Shown here in pieces: positions 36,035-45,967 of a stretch of 64,000 bases of DNA. Below the pieces are notes generated by a model. It searched no databases. It saw only the letters and a list, made by a program, of their open reading frames with translations, and was not told the DNA's origin. The first letter of the stretch is position 1; every line of letters starts with the position of its first letter. This stretch comes from an uncultured Pseudomonadota bacterium (GTDB lineage Bacteria > Pseudomonadota > Alphaproteobacteria > Rs-D84): the NCBI GenBank assembly GCA_949290785.1, contig CASETE010000011.1:5893-69892 (forward strand), read 5' to 3'. The translations under genes and the position numbers were made by a program.

Positions 36035-37118
36035 TTATATTCTCCGCCACAAGTATATTATTTATTGTGCCTCCCTTGCAAGTAACAAATAATGCGCCGG
36101 GTACATTTTTAAAAACGCTTGAATCTAAACCGGTTGCCCACACTTGTGCGTTTGCATCGTCTAGGTCCTTGAATAACCTTGCGCGCGCGTCGGAATCAAG
36201 GTGTGCAGCCGCCTCGTCCAGTAATATTATCGTATCACGACCTGTTTTGGTATGTATAAGTTTTGCATGCGATAAAATTAAATCTAACAATACCGTCTTT
36301 TGTTGTCCCGTGCTGGTAAGATTGGCCGGTAGATTTAAAGATTTATTAAATATGCCAAAGTCGGATTTATGCGGACCGTCTAATATCATTTTATCGCCGA
36401 TAAGTTCACGGTTAGATTGTAAATATGCAAGATATTTTCTTTCTGTTTCTGCGGCATTGTTTCCTTCTAGTAACATTGATTCAACAATTCCAGATACAGT
36501 TATGGCAGAGCCCTTTAAAAAGTAGTTTAATTCCCCTGCATATTGAATGCGCGCAAAAGCAATCGCAACAGATGTGCCACTGATTTGTGAATCTAGCGCG
36601 TTTATCCAGTTTATATCTTTTCCGTTTTTTAGAGCAAATGCCCTTTCTGTAATAAGTTTTGAAAGTCTTGCGACGCGTCCAGCATGTGTTGGGTCAAAGC
36701 CAGAAACCAGTCTATCAAAGAACGCCCGTCTATCAGATGCGGCATCTACAAATAATCTATCTTCTTTCGGGGTTAGCCATATGATTCGTAGGTATTTTGC
36801 TAAATCAGATAACGCAGTATTATCGCCGTCAACTTTTGCCCTACGATTAGAATCCCCAGAATTAAAATACACTGATATTTCCGTATCGTCGGCAAGGTTT
36901 GCGCAAACGGCAAAATTACCGTTACCGTCAAAACGCGTTATGTCTGTCATACAGGCGCCGCGCAGACCTCGGTCGCCGCCTAACATAGATATTGCTTCTA
37001 AGATGGCGGTTTTACCTGCTCCGTTTGGTCCGGTTATTATTATATTACGACAGCTATGCGTTTTTATTCGGCATGTAGTATGGTTTCTGAAATTAGATAA
37101 GGTTATTTCGTTTATCAT
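36021..37118 (-). CDS. recF: DNA replication and repair protein RecF
   Basis: MINEITLSNFRNH.., Walker A GPNGAGKT, ABC signature/Walker B LLDEAAAHLD. The ORF-track N-terminal extension reads through tRNA-Cys and is rejected. Confidence 0.85.
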   Translation of the reverse strand: MINEITLSNFRNHTTCRIKTHSCRNIIITGPNGAGKTAILEAISMLGGDRGLRGACMTDITRFDGNGNFAVCANLADDTEISVYFNSGDSNRRAKVDGDNTALSDLAKYLRIIWLTPKEDRLFVDAASDRRAFFDRLVSGFDPTHAGRVARLSKLITERAFALKNGKDINWINALDSQISGTSVAIAFARIQYAGELNYFLKGSAITVSGIVESMLLEGNNAAETERKYLAYLQSNRELIGDKMILDGPHKSDFGIFNKSLNLPANLTSTGQQKTVLLDLILSHAKLIHTKTGRDTIILLDEAAAHLDSDARARLFKDLDDANAQVWATGLDSSVFKNVPGALFVTCKGGTINNILVAENINEQN

Positions 37119-37128
37119 TATAAAAATA

Positions 37129-37202
37129 TGGAGGCCTGGGTCGGAATCGAACCGGCATACAAGGATTTGCAGTCCTCTGCATAACCACTCTGCCACCAGG
37201 CC
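37129..37202 (-). tRNA. tRNA-Cys (anticodon GCA)
   Basis: GGCCTGGTGGCAGAGTGGTTATGCAGAGGACTGCAAATCCTTGTATGCCGGTTCGATTCCGACCCAGGCCTCCA; ends 10 nt before the recF ATG. Confidence 0.85.
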
Positions 37203-37309
37203 ATAAATAGTGTGCAACTATACTACGAAAAAAAAAATTGTAATTCAACATAAAAATTAATATTATTTATGATATAATATTTTCAGTATTATAGAGAGTG
37301 TGTATACAA

Positions 37310-38635
37310 ATGAAAAAGTTGTTTTTCTTGTTATTCTTTACGCCATTACCGGTATTCGCATCGGCAGATTGTTTGTCTACGAATACAGTCCCCCAAGGCA
37401 AACTTACTCTACAACAAGTAATAGAATTGGGGTTATGTAGAAATCCTGAAACAACTTCTGCGTATTTGTCTTTGGAATCTGCAAGGTTTAACAAAAACGC
37501 CGGATACGCACAATATTTACCAAGCGTCAGCGCATCTGGTTCTGCGACTTTGCCGTATAGAAACGAAGAATGGGCCGATTGGTCATATGGCGCGTCTATT
37601 TCTGCGTCGTATTTGATTTTTGATTTCGGAAAAAGATTGTCGGATGTGAACCAACTTATTGCGACATGGCGGGCAACTGGTTTTGATTACAGCGAATCCG
37701 TTCAAAATTACGTATACGGTATAATAGGTGCGTATTATGCTTTGTTGAATGCGGACGCTGACGTAATGACAGCGCAATCTTTAAAGGTTGTTGCGCAAAC
37801 CGCAAAAGATACCGCCGATAAGAAATACAAGGCTGGTGCCGTCGCCAAGGCAGATGTGTTGAAAGCAGATACGACGCTGGCCAGTCGCGAATTAGATTTA
37901 GAAAGGGCAAAGAACAACCGCGAAATCGCCAAGGGGACTTTGCTGTCTAAATTGTCTTTTTCTGCGAACCAGAATATAGAAATTGCAGATATGCCGGCAG
38001 AATTCGGCACTGAATCAGAGAATAAAAACATAGATGAATTAATTGCGTTGGCTGAACAAAAGCGCCCTGACCTGTTGCGTGCGTCTGCAAATAAAGACGC
38101 CGCATGGCACAGAAGAAATAGTGCTTTTTTAAGTAATTTGCCAAGTATTTCTGCTTCTGGCAGTTTGTCTTGGAATAACTCGCCGTCAGATGTGTTTAAC
38201 GCGGGTCAAGATAATGTAAGCGGCAGTATCGGGATTCGGGCATCTATGCCGATATTTGCCGGTTTTGCAAATGTATATAATGTACGGTCTGCCCAGGCAA
38301 ACTATGAACGCGCCAAAGAACAAGAACGGGCAACGAAAGATGCAGCGGTACTAGACGTATTTACTGCGTATCAGAATTATAAAACGGCGCAAACTGTATT
38401 GAAACAAACGGAAACTTTATTGGCTTCTGCAAAAGAAACAGAAAAGGTTACTGCCGGTATGTATAAGGTCGGCAAGGCCACGATGTTGGACTGGCAAACC
38501 GCCTTGGCGGATTTGGCCGATGCGCATAAACAAAATAATGCGGCAAAATATGACTTGTTCACAAAACGTGCGGCCTTGGCGTTGGCAATAGGCGATATAA
38601 AAGACGGATTAATGGAGGATGAGGTAGATGAATAA
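37310..38635 (+). CDS. TolC-family outer-membrane efflux channel (OMF)
   Basis: Signal peptide MKKLFFLLFFTPLPVFA, two repeated OEP coiled-coil/beta halves, 441 aa; -10 TATAAT at ~37274; first gene of an efflux operon. Confidence 0.7.
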   Translation: MKKLFFLLFFTPLPVFASADCLSTNTVPQGKLTLQQVIELGLCRNPETTSAYLSLESARFNKNAGYAQYLPSVSASGSATLPYRNEEWADWSYGASISASYLIFDFGKRLSDVNQLIATWRATGFDYSESVQNYVYGIIGAYYALLNADADVMTAQSLKVVAQTAKDTADKKYKAGAVAKADVLKADTTLASRELDLERAKNNREIAKGTLLSKLSFSANQNIEIADMPAEFGTESENKNIDELIALAEQKRPDLLRASANKDAAWHRRNSAFLSNLPSISASGSLSWNNSPSDVFNAGQDNVSGSIGIRASMPIFAGFANVYNVRSAQANYERAKEQERATKDAAVLDVFTAYQNYKTAQTVLKQTETLLASAKETEKVTAGMYKVGKATMLDWQTALADLADAHKQNNAAKYDLFTKRAALALAIGDIKDGLMEDEVDE

Positions 38636-39809
38636 AGAGTCTAAATTAAAGAAAATATGGTCATGGATTAAAAGACGTAAATGGTGGTTGATATCATTTT
38701 TGGTTGTTGCTGGTGCGGTTGTTTATTTTATGTTATCCGGCGGCAGTAAAGAAAATACGGGTTTTGCTACTGCTTCCATTACGCGCGGTAATTTGCGTCA
38801 GGTTGTAACGGCGACCGGTGAAATACAACCTTTGAATACGATTAATGTAGGATCACAGGTAAGCGGTACAATTGAAGAAATATTCGTTGATTATAATTCA
38901 CGGGTAAGTAAAGGTGATGTGCTATTAAAAATCGAGCCGTCAGTATTGCAAGCGTCTGTTGATGAAGCCAAGGCGTCTTTGGTAAGTGCAGAATCACAAC
39001 GTGATTACGCTAAAAGCGAATACGAACGTAATAAAATTTTATATGAAGATGGATTTATAGCACGTGCAGAATTGGAACAATCTCAGACAACATATGAACA
39101 AGCGGAACAATCGGTTAATCGTATGAAGTCTCAGTATGACAGAGCAGTTACGAATTTAAGTTATGCAACGATTACATCGCCTGTTGACGGTACGGTAATT
39201 TCTCGTCAGGTTGACGTTGGGCAAACCGTTGCGGCTTCTTTCCAAACGCCTGACTTGTTCGCAATCGCAGAAGATTTATCAAAAATGCAGATTGAAACCG
39301 CTGTGTCAGAGGCTGATATTGGCATGATAACCGAAGGTCAAAAAGTAACTTTTACTGTAGACGCATATCCAACACAAACCTTTGAAGGCGAAGTGCGTCA
39401 AATTCGTCTGTCTCCTACAATCACTTCAAACGTTGTAGTTTATACGGTTGTAATTGACGTTGATAACAGCGATTTGCGGTTAAAGCCTGGAATGACGGCG
39501 TTCGTTACAATATTAATTTCAGAAAAAGACGATGTGTGGAAAGTGCAGAATTCATCACTTATTTTGCGTAGTTTTGACGGTATCGTTGAAGACGCGGGTG
39601 ATGCAACAACAAAAACTCATTTGGCGATACAACGTAATATTAACGGTAACCCAACCGTTGTATTGGTGCCGTATGAAAAGGGATTGGTTACCGCTACAGA
39701 AACGGAAATCATCTCGGATGATATTCAAGAAGGAGATAGAGTAATCATAGGTCGCTATGGGCAAAGTTCTTCATCGTCATCTGGTATTCGTATGGGGCCT
39801 CCAAGATAA
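38628..39809 (+). CDS. HlyD/MacA-family periplasmic adaptor (membrane fusion protein)
   Basis: N-terminal TM anchor, coiled-coil hairpin, lipoyl/beta-barrel domains; overlaps the TolC-like gene. Confidence 0.75.
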   Translation: MNKESKLKKIWSWIKRRKWWLISFLVVAGAVVYFMLSGGSKENTGFATASITRGNLRQVVTATGEIQPLNTINVGSQVSGTIEEIFVDYNSRVSKGDVLLKIEPSVLQASVDEAKASLVSAESQRDYAKSEYERNKILYEDGFIARAELEQSQTTYEQAEQSVNRMKSQYDRAVTNLSYATITSPVDGTVISRQVDVGQTVAASFQTPDLFAIAEDLSKMQIETAVSEADIGMITEGQKVTFTVDAYPTQTFEGEVRQIRLSPTITSNVVVYTVVIDVDNSDLRLKPGMTAFVTILISEKDDVWKVQNSSLILRSFDGIVEDAGDATTKTHLAIQRNINGNPTVVLVPYEKGLVTATETEIISDDIQEGDRVIIGRYGQSSSSSSGIRMGPPR

Positions 39810-39911
39810 AATAGGAATAGTTTGTAACCGGCAAAACGCCGGTTTTTTTAAAATAGTTTTATGAAAAAATGGTAACGGATGGTATAATGTTCTCAGAAAG
39901 AGAGTGTAGTA

Positions 39912-40658
39912 ATGAATAAATCGCAAAACAAAGTTAATATAATTTCAATGGATAAAATCTGTAAAAGTTTTCCCGTTGAAATGGGCGGGCAACAACAGGT
40001 TTTGTTTGATATAACATTTGATGTTAACCAGGGCGAGTTCGTTTCTATTATGGGGCCGTCCGGCAGTGGCAAATCTACATGCATGAATATAATAGGTGCC
40101 TTGGATACGCCAACAAGTGGCACATATAAATTATACGGCAAAGATGTTACACATTTATCGGCGGACGAATTAGCAATTGTCAGAAACGAATATATCGGAT
40201 TCGTCTTTCAACAGTTTAATTTACTTTCTAAAAGAAGCGTTTTAGACAACGTTATGTTGCCGTTGATGTATCGTGGTTTGCCAATGGAGGAACGCATACG
40301 CAGGGCGCGTGAAATGTTAAAACGAGTAGGACTAGAAAAATTTGAATCTTATTTGCCGACGCAATTATCTGGTGGTATGAAACAGCGCGTGGCTATTGCA
40401 CGTGCGCTGGCAGGTGACCCAAAGTTAATTCTTGCAGACGAACCGACGGGTGCTTTGGACAGTAAAATGGGTAATGAAATATTAAAGTTTTTTAAAACAT
40501 TAAACGAAGAAATGGGGATAACAATCGTTATGATTACCCATGAATTTGAAATTGCGCGATATTCAGATCGTCTTATACACATTTATGACGGAAGAATAAC
40601 TTATGATGGAAAAATACCGAAAGACGAAAAAACGTTATTAAAACACACAGGGAAATAG
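39912..40658 (+). CDS. MacB/LolD-type ABC transporter ATP-binding protein
   Basis: Walker A GPSGSGKST, Q-loop, signature LSGGMKQRVAIARAL, Walker B ILADEPTGALD. Confidence 0.8.
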   Translation: MNKSQNKVNIISMDKICKSFPVEMGGQQQVLFDITFDVNQGEFVSIMGPSGSGKSTCMNIIGALDTPTSGTYKLYGKDVTHLSADELAIVRNEYIGFVFQQFNLLSKRSVLDNVMLPLMYRGLPMEERIRRAREMLKRVGLEKFESYLPTQLSGGMKQRVAIARALAGDPKLILADEPTGALDSKMGNEILKFFKTLNEEMGITIVMITHEFEIARYSDRLIHIYDGRITYDGKIPKDEKTLLKHTGK

Positions 40659-40666
40659 GTAGAAAA

Positions 40667-41884
40667 ATGACTTTTAATGATATTTTTAAAGAATCTTGGT
40701 TGTCTATCAGTGGAAATAAGATACGTTCGTTTTTGACGGTTCTTGGTATAGTTATCGGCGTTATGGCTGTGGTTATAATGGTCGCTGTCGGTGAAACGGT
40801 GTCCAAGGAAATAAACGACCAATTTTCTTCGTTGGGGACCAACACCATAACGATTCGTGCCGGTGCCGCGCAAAGCGCCGGTGTAAGAACCGGTAATAGA
40901 CAGACGTTAACAATCCAAGATTCAGAGTTTATCGCACAATTACCAGACGTCGCTGCGGCCAGCCCAGTACAAAATGCAGCCGCACAGGTAATTTATGGTA
41001 ACCAAAACTGGTCTTCTTCCATGGTCGGTGCATACCCCGATTATGCAACTGTTCAGAATTTAGAAATGAAGTACGGTACCTTTTTTGATCAATCTGCTGT
41101 AAGGAACGCTTCTACATATGCGGTAATCGGGCCGCAAACCGCCGAAGAATTACAAATGACTGAAAACCCAGTTGGGGAAGTAATACGTATTCAAAATATG
41201 CCTTTTGTAATAATAGGCGTTACGAAAGAACGCGGGGATTCCGCAATGGGTAGTCAAGATGATATGGTAATAATACCTATTACTACCTTGAAAAAACGTT
41301 TACAAGGCAGCCGTTTCCCAAATTCCGTAAACATGATTACATTAAAATTGTATTCAGATGCTGATAATAGCCTGGCCATAGAGCAAATTACCGCCCTACT
41401 TCGCGATAGACATAAGTTAGATGAAGAAGACGCCGATGATTTTCAAATTATGGACATGAAACAAGTTATGGATGCAATGAACACAGTAACCGGTTATATG
41501 ACGATGTTATTGATAGCAATTGCAGCAGTGTCTTTGCTGGTCGGCTCTATTGGTATTATGAATATGATGTTGGTATCTGTTGCCGAAAGAACGCATGAAA
41601 TAGGCATTCGTAAAGCCATCGGTGCCAGGGAAAAACATATAATAATTCAATTTTTGTCTGAATCTATTTTAATATCTTTTATAGGTTCCCTTTTTGGTAT
41701 GTTTTTGGGCGTCGGTTTATCTCAAGGTGTCGGCAGATTTGTTTTAGGATATTCTGTACCTTTCAGTGTATGGCCGGTTGTTGTTTCTGTCGGGGTTGCT
41801 GTTATCGTCGGTCTGGCGTCGGGTGTGGTACCGGCCAGAAAAGCCGCAAAATTAAACCCCATAGACAGCCTGCGATACGAATAA
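40667..41884 (+). CDS. MacB/FtsX-family ABC transporter permease (separate gene from the ATPase)
   Basis: N-terminal TM, large periplasmic MacB_PCD domain, C-terminal FtsX 3-TM bundle; followed by terminator A7-CCGGCAAATGCCGG-T6 at ~41883-41912. Confidence 0.8.
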   Translation: MTFNDIFKESWLSISGNKIRSFLTVLGIVIGVMAVVIMVAVGETVSKEINDQFSSLGTNTITIRAGAAQSAGVRTGNRQTLTIQDSEFIAQLPDVAAASPVQNAAAQVIYGNQNWSSSMVGAYPDYATVQNLEMKYGTFFDQSAVRNASTYAVIGPQTAEELQMTENPVGEVIRIQNMPFVIIGVTKERGDSAMGSQDDMVIIPITTLKKRLQGSRFPNSVNMITLKLYSDADNSLAIEQITALLRDRHKLDEEDADDFQIMDMKQVMDAMNTVTGYMTMLLIAIAAVSLLVGSIGIMNMMLVSVAERTHEIGIRKAIGAREKHIIIQFLSESILISFIGSLFGMFLGVGLSQGVGRFVLGYSVPFSVWPVVVSVGVAVIVGLASGVVPARKAAKLNPIDSLRYE

Positions 41885-41907
41885 AAAAACCGGCAAATGC
41901 CGGTTTT

Positions 41908-42771
41908 TTATACATTTAATTTCTTTTGCATTGCTTTTAAAATTGGCACCTCGGTTTTTAATTGCCCTGCTCTGTTAATTAAACCGTTTAGTGCGAATAT
42001 ACCCTCTACGGTACCTTCGGGTTTATCGCCCTTTGCAATTGCCATGCCGCCCGCAAAATTACGGCTGGTTGCAGAGGTAGCAGATAGAAATAAATCCCCT
42101 ATTCCGCATAAGTCTAAAAATGTACGCATTTTTGCCCCGCTGGCCAGTCCTATATTCATGACCTCGTTCCATGCGCGCGTGAATATCATCGCGCGTTCAT
42201 TTTCACCGTTGCAAGCAATAAAATTATAACCGCAAATCAAGGCAACCGCATTTTTACCGACACCACATATTTCTGTGCCTATTATATCGTCACTGTCGTT
42301 TATGTATAATAAATGTAATATATCCCTGCCGATTTTTATTGTTGTTGGTGTACCTGCAAGCGTGGAACCTGTCGGAACACCGCGTGCGACTTCTGCGGCG
42401 AATTGTGGACCAGACAGAACGCCAAAATCTGAAACTTCTTGTAATTCCGATTGTAAAATTTCGGACATAAAACAGCCGGTTGAGTATTCAGCACCTTTGG
42501 TACAAATAATTATAGGCTGTTTGTTGTAAAAAGGAACGAATTTTCGCAAGGTTTCACGAAAAAAAGCCCCAGGTGTAACCATAAGCCATGCGTCACAACC
42601 ATGAAGATCTTTCATGTCTTTTGTTATGCACAAATTTTTTGGGACATCTATACCATCAAATTCTTTTTTTTCGCCGTCATAAGACCACAGTGTTACATCC
42701 GCTCCGCCGCGTGCAGAAATAATAGCCAAGGCCGTTCCCCACGCGCCGGCACCAATAATACCGACTTTCAT
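41908..42771 (-). CDS. gpsA: Glycerol-3-phosphate dehydrogenase [NAD(P)+]
   Basis: Rossmann motif MKVGIIGAGAWGTALA; ..GPQFAAEVA..; 287 aa. Confidence 0.85.
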   Translation of the reverse strand: MKVGIIGAGAWGTALAIISARGGADVTLWSYDGEKKEFDGIDVPKNLCITKDMKDLHGCDAWLMVTPGAFFRETLRKFVPFYNKQPIIICTKGAEYSTGCFMSEILQSELQEVSDFGVLSGPQFAAEVARGVPTGSTLAGTPTTIKIGRDILHLLYINDSDDIIGTEICGVGKNAVALICGYNFIACNGENERAMIFTRAWNEVMNIGLASGAKMRTFLDLCGIGDLFLSATSATSRNFAGGMAIAKGDKPEGTVEGIFALNGLINRAGQLKTEVPILKAMQKKLNV

Positions 42772-44384
42772 TTAATTTTCCTTAGTTTTTTTTGTATTTC
42801 TGGAATGACTACCAGTCCATCATCGGATAATTCTATTGCGCGCAAATACGCATCTTTTGCTAATTTTTTATCGCCAGATTCTATGTACAAATCCCCCAGT
42901 TGCTCAAATAAAGAGGAACATGTCATAGATAATTCACCGACGCGCACCAGTACATCTAAAGCCGGTTGTAACCCTTCACGTCTATATACAACCCGCCCTA
43001 ACGTGTCCCATGCGTTTATGTCCGTTGGATTTTTTGTAACCAGTAACATGGCATAATCATAGGCGTTTTCTATTTCTCGATTTTGTGCCGCCCATATCTT
43101 TGCTTGTAAAGATAATACATCTGTATCCAAAGGAATTCCTTTTGCGGCGTCGTGCAAATCTGATTGTGCTTTATCAAAATCGCCGAATGTATAATAAATT
43201 AAAGCACGGTTCTTTAGCAAAAAAGCACGCCCTGCATCATTTAGTCTTTCGTTGTCCAGTGCTGTGTTAACAACGCGTAATGCGGCGCGCTTTGATCCGT
43301 TCTTTGTATGATGAGCAACCAGTTTGTTTATTGCAGGAACAAATAGTGGGTTTTCTTCGAACGCTTCTTCTAGTTTTTCTATATCCCCATTTTTATCGGC
43401 CAACCGTATGGTTGCAAAGAGATAAAAAGGACTTTCTGTTTGAATCTTGTTAAAGTTTTGTTCGTAATTGCCGTCGTTATTATAAAAATATTGCCCCAGA
43501 TAATAATTTATTGCGTCATTACTTTCAGAGAATCCCGGGCCAATTATTTGAGCAAAACGTAATAATAAAATAGATAAGTCCGAATACATCATTATTTGAG
43601 TATGCGATACATTTTGCACTAAACTGAAAGCTAAAGCATTTTTATATCCAGAAAAATGTGACCAATCAGGCACGTTTTTATGGTCAAGCATAAACATCCC
43701 ACCCGGTCTGGCGGTAAAATCTGAGTATAATTTATTGCCGGTATCTGTCATGTTATGATGCTTATAAAAAGAACTTATATACAGATAGTCGTTTATATTC
43801 ATGAAATCTGGGCTTACTTTTGCGAAATACTCTGCGGCCTTTTCAGGCTGGTTTAATTCCGCATAAATCTGCCCACGAACAAAGTCTTTCCATGAGTTGT
43901 TAGTAGGTAAACCATCAATGAATTTTAGCGCCTCTTTTTCACGGTTTGTCGCCACAGATGCCCATATTTTCAAAGGCGATGCCAAAGCAGATTCGTCTTT
44001 TTTATGGCGACTGTATAGTTCTTTCCAGTTGTCTTGCGTTAAAAGATACGCGTCGTAAATCAATCTGGAAGCAGACGCTTTTTCGTCTTTAAGAGATTCT
44101 ACGTTTTTAGGTAGGTTGCCACTAAGAAACTCGGCCAACATTTTTGTAGATTGTACAGTTGGGTAATCTACGTCTTCTAATGTTCGTGCAAATTCGGCCG
44201 CTTTTTCAAAATCATTAACATATACTGCGTGCTGTGCCGCTAAAAACGCGCCGTATTTTGTTGTAGGATAGTTAAAATTATCAGCGCGATTTGTTTTATC
44301 TTTATGATACCAAAACGCACCGCCCGTTATAACGATAACGGCGATTAAAATAATTCCGGTTAAGAAAGTTTCTGTTTTCCTCAT
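42768..44384 (-). CDS. Membrane-anchored tetratricopeptide-repeat (TPR) protein
   Basis: N-terminal TM helix LTGIILIAVIVITGGAFWY followed by multiple degenerate TPR-like helical repeats; 538 aa. Confidence 0.5.
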   Translation of the reverse strand: MRKTETFLTGIILIAVIVITGGAFWYHKDKTNRADNFNYPTTKYGAFLAAQHAVYVNDFEKAAEFARTLEDVDYPTVQSTKMLAEFLSGNLPKNVESLKDEKASASRLIYDAYLLTQDNWKELYSRHKKDESALASPLKIWASVATNREKEALKFIDGLPTNNSWKDFVRGQIYAELNQPEKAAEYFAKVSPDFMNINDYLYISSFYKHHNMTDTGNKLYSDFTARPGGMFMLDHKNVPDWSHFSGYKNALAFSLVQNVSHTQIMMYSDLSILLLRFAQIIGPGFSESNDAINYYLGQYFYNNDGNYEQNFNKIQTESPFYLFATIRLADKNGDIEKLEEAFEENPLFVPAINKLVAHHTKNGSKRAALRVVNTALDNERLNDAGRAFLLKNRALIYYTFGDFDKAQSDLHDAAKGIPLDTDVLSLQAKIWAAQNREIENAYDYAMLLVTKNPTDINAWDTLGRVVYRREGLQPALDVLVRVGELSMTCSSLFEQLGDLYIESGDKKLAKDAYLRAIELSDDGLVVIPEIQKKLRKIK

Positions 44385-44410
44385 GTAAAACTTATGCTAC
44401 AATAATATTC

Positions 44411-44971
44411 ATGAATAATAAAGCAAAATTTAATCTTTATGAAAAATTATTGCGCGAATGGTCTAATAAAATGAACCTTATTGCGCCCAGCACGATTGAA
44501 AACATACAGGAAAGACATTTTGCCGATTCTGCACAGTTGGCTGATATCATGCCTCGCGATGTAAACGTAATAGATTTGGGCAGCGGTGCCGGTTTTCCTG
44601 GCGTTGTTCTTGCGATATTGGGGTGGAACGTTGTTTGTATAGAGTCTATTGGTAAAAAAGCCTCTTTCTTGGAAGAAGTAAAAAAACAGTTAAATTTGGA
44701 TAATTTGACGATTTATAATGGTCGGGTAGAGGTTTTTATACCTACCCTGCCCCGTGATAAGAAAAATATTATTTTTACTGCGCGCGCATTTGCACCTTTG
44801 ATTAAAATATTAGATTATGTTGCAAAAACAAAATGCCGGCTTTTTCTATTAAAAGGCCGGGAAGTTTTGAACGAAATTTCTGTGGCAAAACAAAAATATA
44901 AATTTGATTACGATTTAATACCGTCAAAAACCGGTGATGGTTATATATTAATTATTCAAAACAGCCGGTAA
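44411..44971 (+). CDS. rsmG: 16S rRNA (guanine527-N7)-methyltransferase RsmG (GidB)
   Basis: SAM motif IDLGSGAGFPGVVLAI; 186 aa; upstream of parAB. Confidence 0.85.
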   Translation: MNNKAKFNLYEKLLREWSNKMNLIAPSTIENIQERHFADSAQLADIMPRDVNVIDLGSGAGFPGVVLAILGWNVVCIESIGKKASFLEEVKKQLNLDNLTIYNGRVEVFIPTLPRDKKNIIFTARAFAPLIKILDYVAKTKCRLFLLKGREVLNEISVAKQKYKFDYDLIPSKTGDGYILIIQNSR

Positions 44972-44981
44972 TTTCATATGA

Positions 44982-45077
44982 AACTATGTTTATCTGATTG
45001 AAAATAGTATTTTTTTACATATTAATTTGTTTTTTGCTTGGTTGTAACGGGGTATATGTGTGTTGTTTCACATGAAA
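44982..45077. promoter_or_regulatory. Two parS-like palindromes upstream of parA: AATTTCATATGAAACT (~44982-44997) and TGTTTCACATGAAATT (~45062-45077)
   Basis: 11/16 and 13/16 matches to the canonical parS TGTTNCACGTGAAACA; located in the rsmG-parA intergenic region. Confidence 0.35.
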
Positions 45078-45190
45078 TTAGTTATAACGGTTTGATTTTT
45101 CTTGTTTTTTACAATTAAAATATAATTGTCTTGACTGAATCGTGGCGTTTTTATATTCTGAATAAGAAATAAAAAACGGAAAGGAAATAG

Positions 45191-45967
45191 ATGACAAAAA
45201 TAATTGCTTTTGCAAATCAAAAAGGTGGTGTCGGTAAAACTACCACGGCAATAAATATAGGTGCGTCTTTGGCTGCGATAAAAAAACGCGTTTTGTTGGT
45301 GGATTTAGATTCGCAGGGAAATGCCGGTACTGGGCTGGGGTTTATTCGTGCTTCTCATCGTCAAAGTGTTTATGGTGTGATTATGGGGACAGCGAATGCG
45401 GCTGATAATATTTTGTCTACGGCCGTTCAAGGAATGCATATAATGCCTTCTACGATGGCTTTGGCCGGGGCCGAGGTTGATTTGTTAGACGTTGATAATC
45501 GTGAATATCGGTTGCGTGATGCTTTGGCGCCCATTATGGAACATTATGATTATATTTTGCTAGATTGTCCGCCTGCCCTTGGCTTTTTGACTTTGAATGC
45601 GTTAACTACGGCCGATTATGTAATTATACCTTTGCAGTGCGAGTTTTATGCTTTGGAAGGAATCAGTCATTTAATTAATTCTGTAAACGAAATAAAAAAT
45701 AAATGGAATCCGAATTTAGAGGTCTTGGGTGTATTATTAACTATGTACGATAAACGTTATGGTTTAACGCGCGCCGTGGAAGACGATGTAAGAAAAACTT
45801 TTGGTGATAAGGTTTTTAAAACTGTTATACCGCGCAACGTTCGTGTGTCAGAAGCGCCAAGTCACGGAAAACCGGCGTTGTTTTATGATTTTAATTCTGC
45901 CGGCGCACAGGCTTATTTGCGTGTTGCCACCGAATTAATACAAAAAATAGAGAAAGAGGTAGCGTAA
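45191..45967 (+). CDS. parA: Chromosome partitioning ATPase ParA (Soj)
   Basis: Deviant Walker A KGGVGKTT; 258 aa. Confidence 0.9.
   Translation: MTKIIAFANQKGGVGKTTTAINIGASLAAIKKRVLLVDLDSQGNAGTGLGFIRASHRQSVYGVIMGTANAADNILSTAVQGMHIMPSTMALAGAEVDLLDVDNREYRLRDALAPIMEHYDYILLDCPPALGFLTLNALTTADYVIIPLQCEFYALEGISHLINSVNEIKNKWNPNLEVLGVLLTMYDKRYGLTRAVEDDVRKTFGDKVFKTVIPRNVRVSEAPSHGKPALFYDFNSAGAQAYLRVATELIQKIEKEVA

Noticed and set aside
36021-37217. ORF-track version of recF with a 33 aa N-terminal extension (MHTIYGLVAEWLCRGLQILVCRFDSDPGLHIFI)
   Set aside because: The extension is the translation of tRNA-Cys (37129-37202). The canonical RecF N-terminus MINEITLSNFRN starts at 37118.
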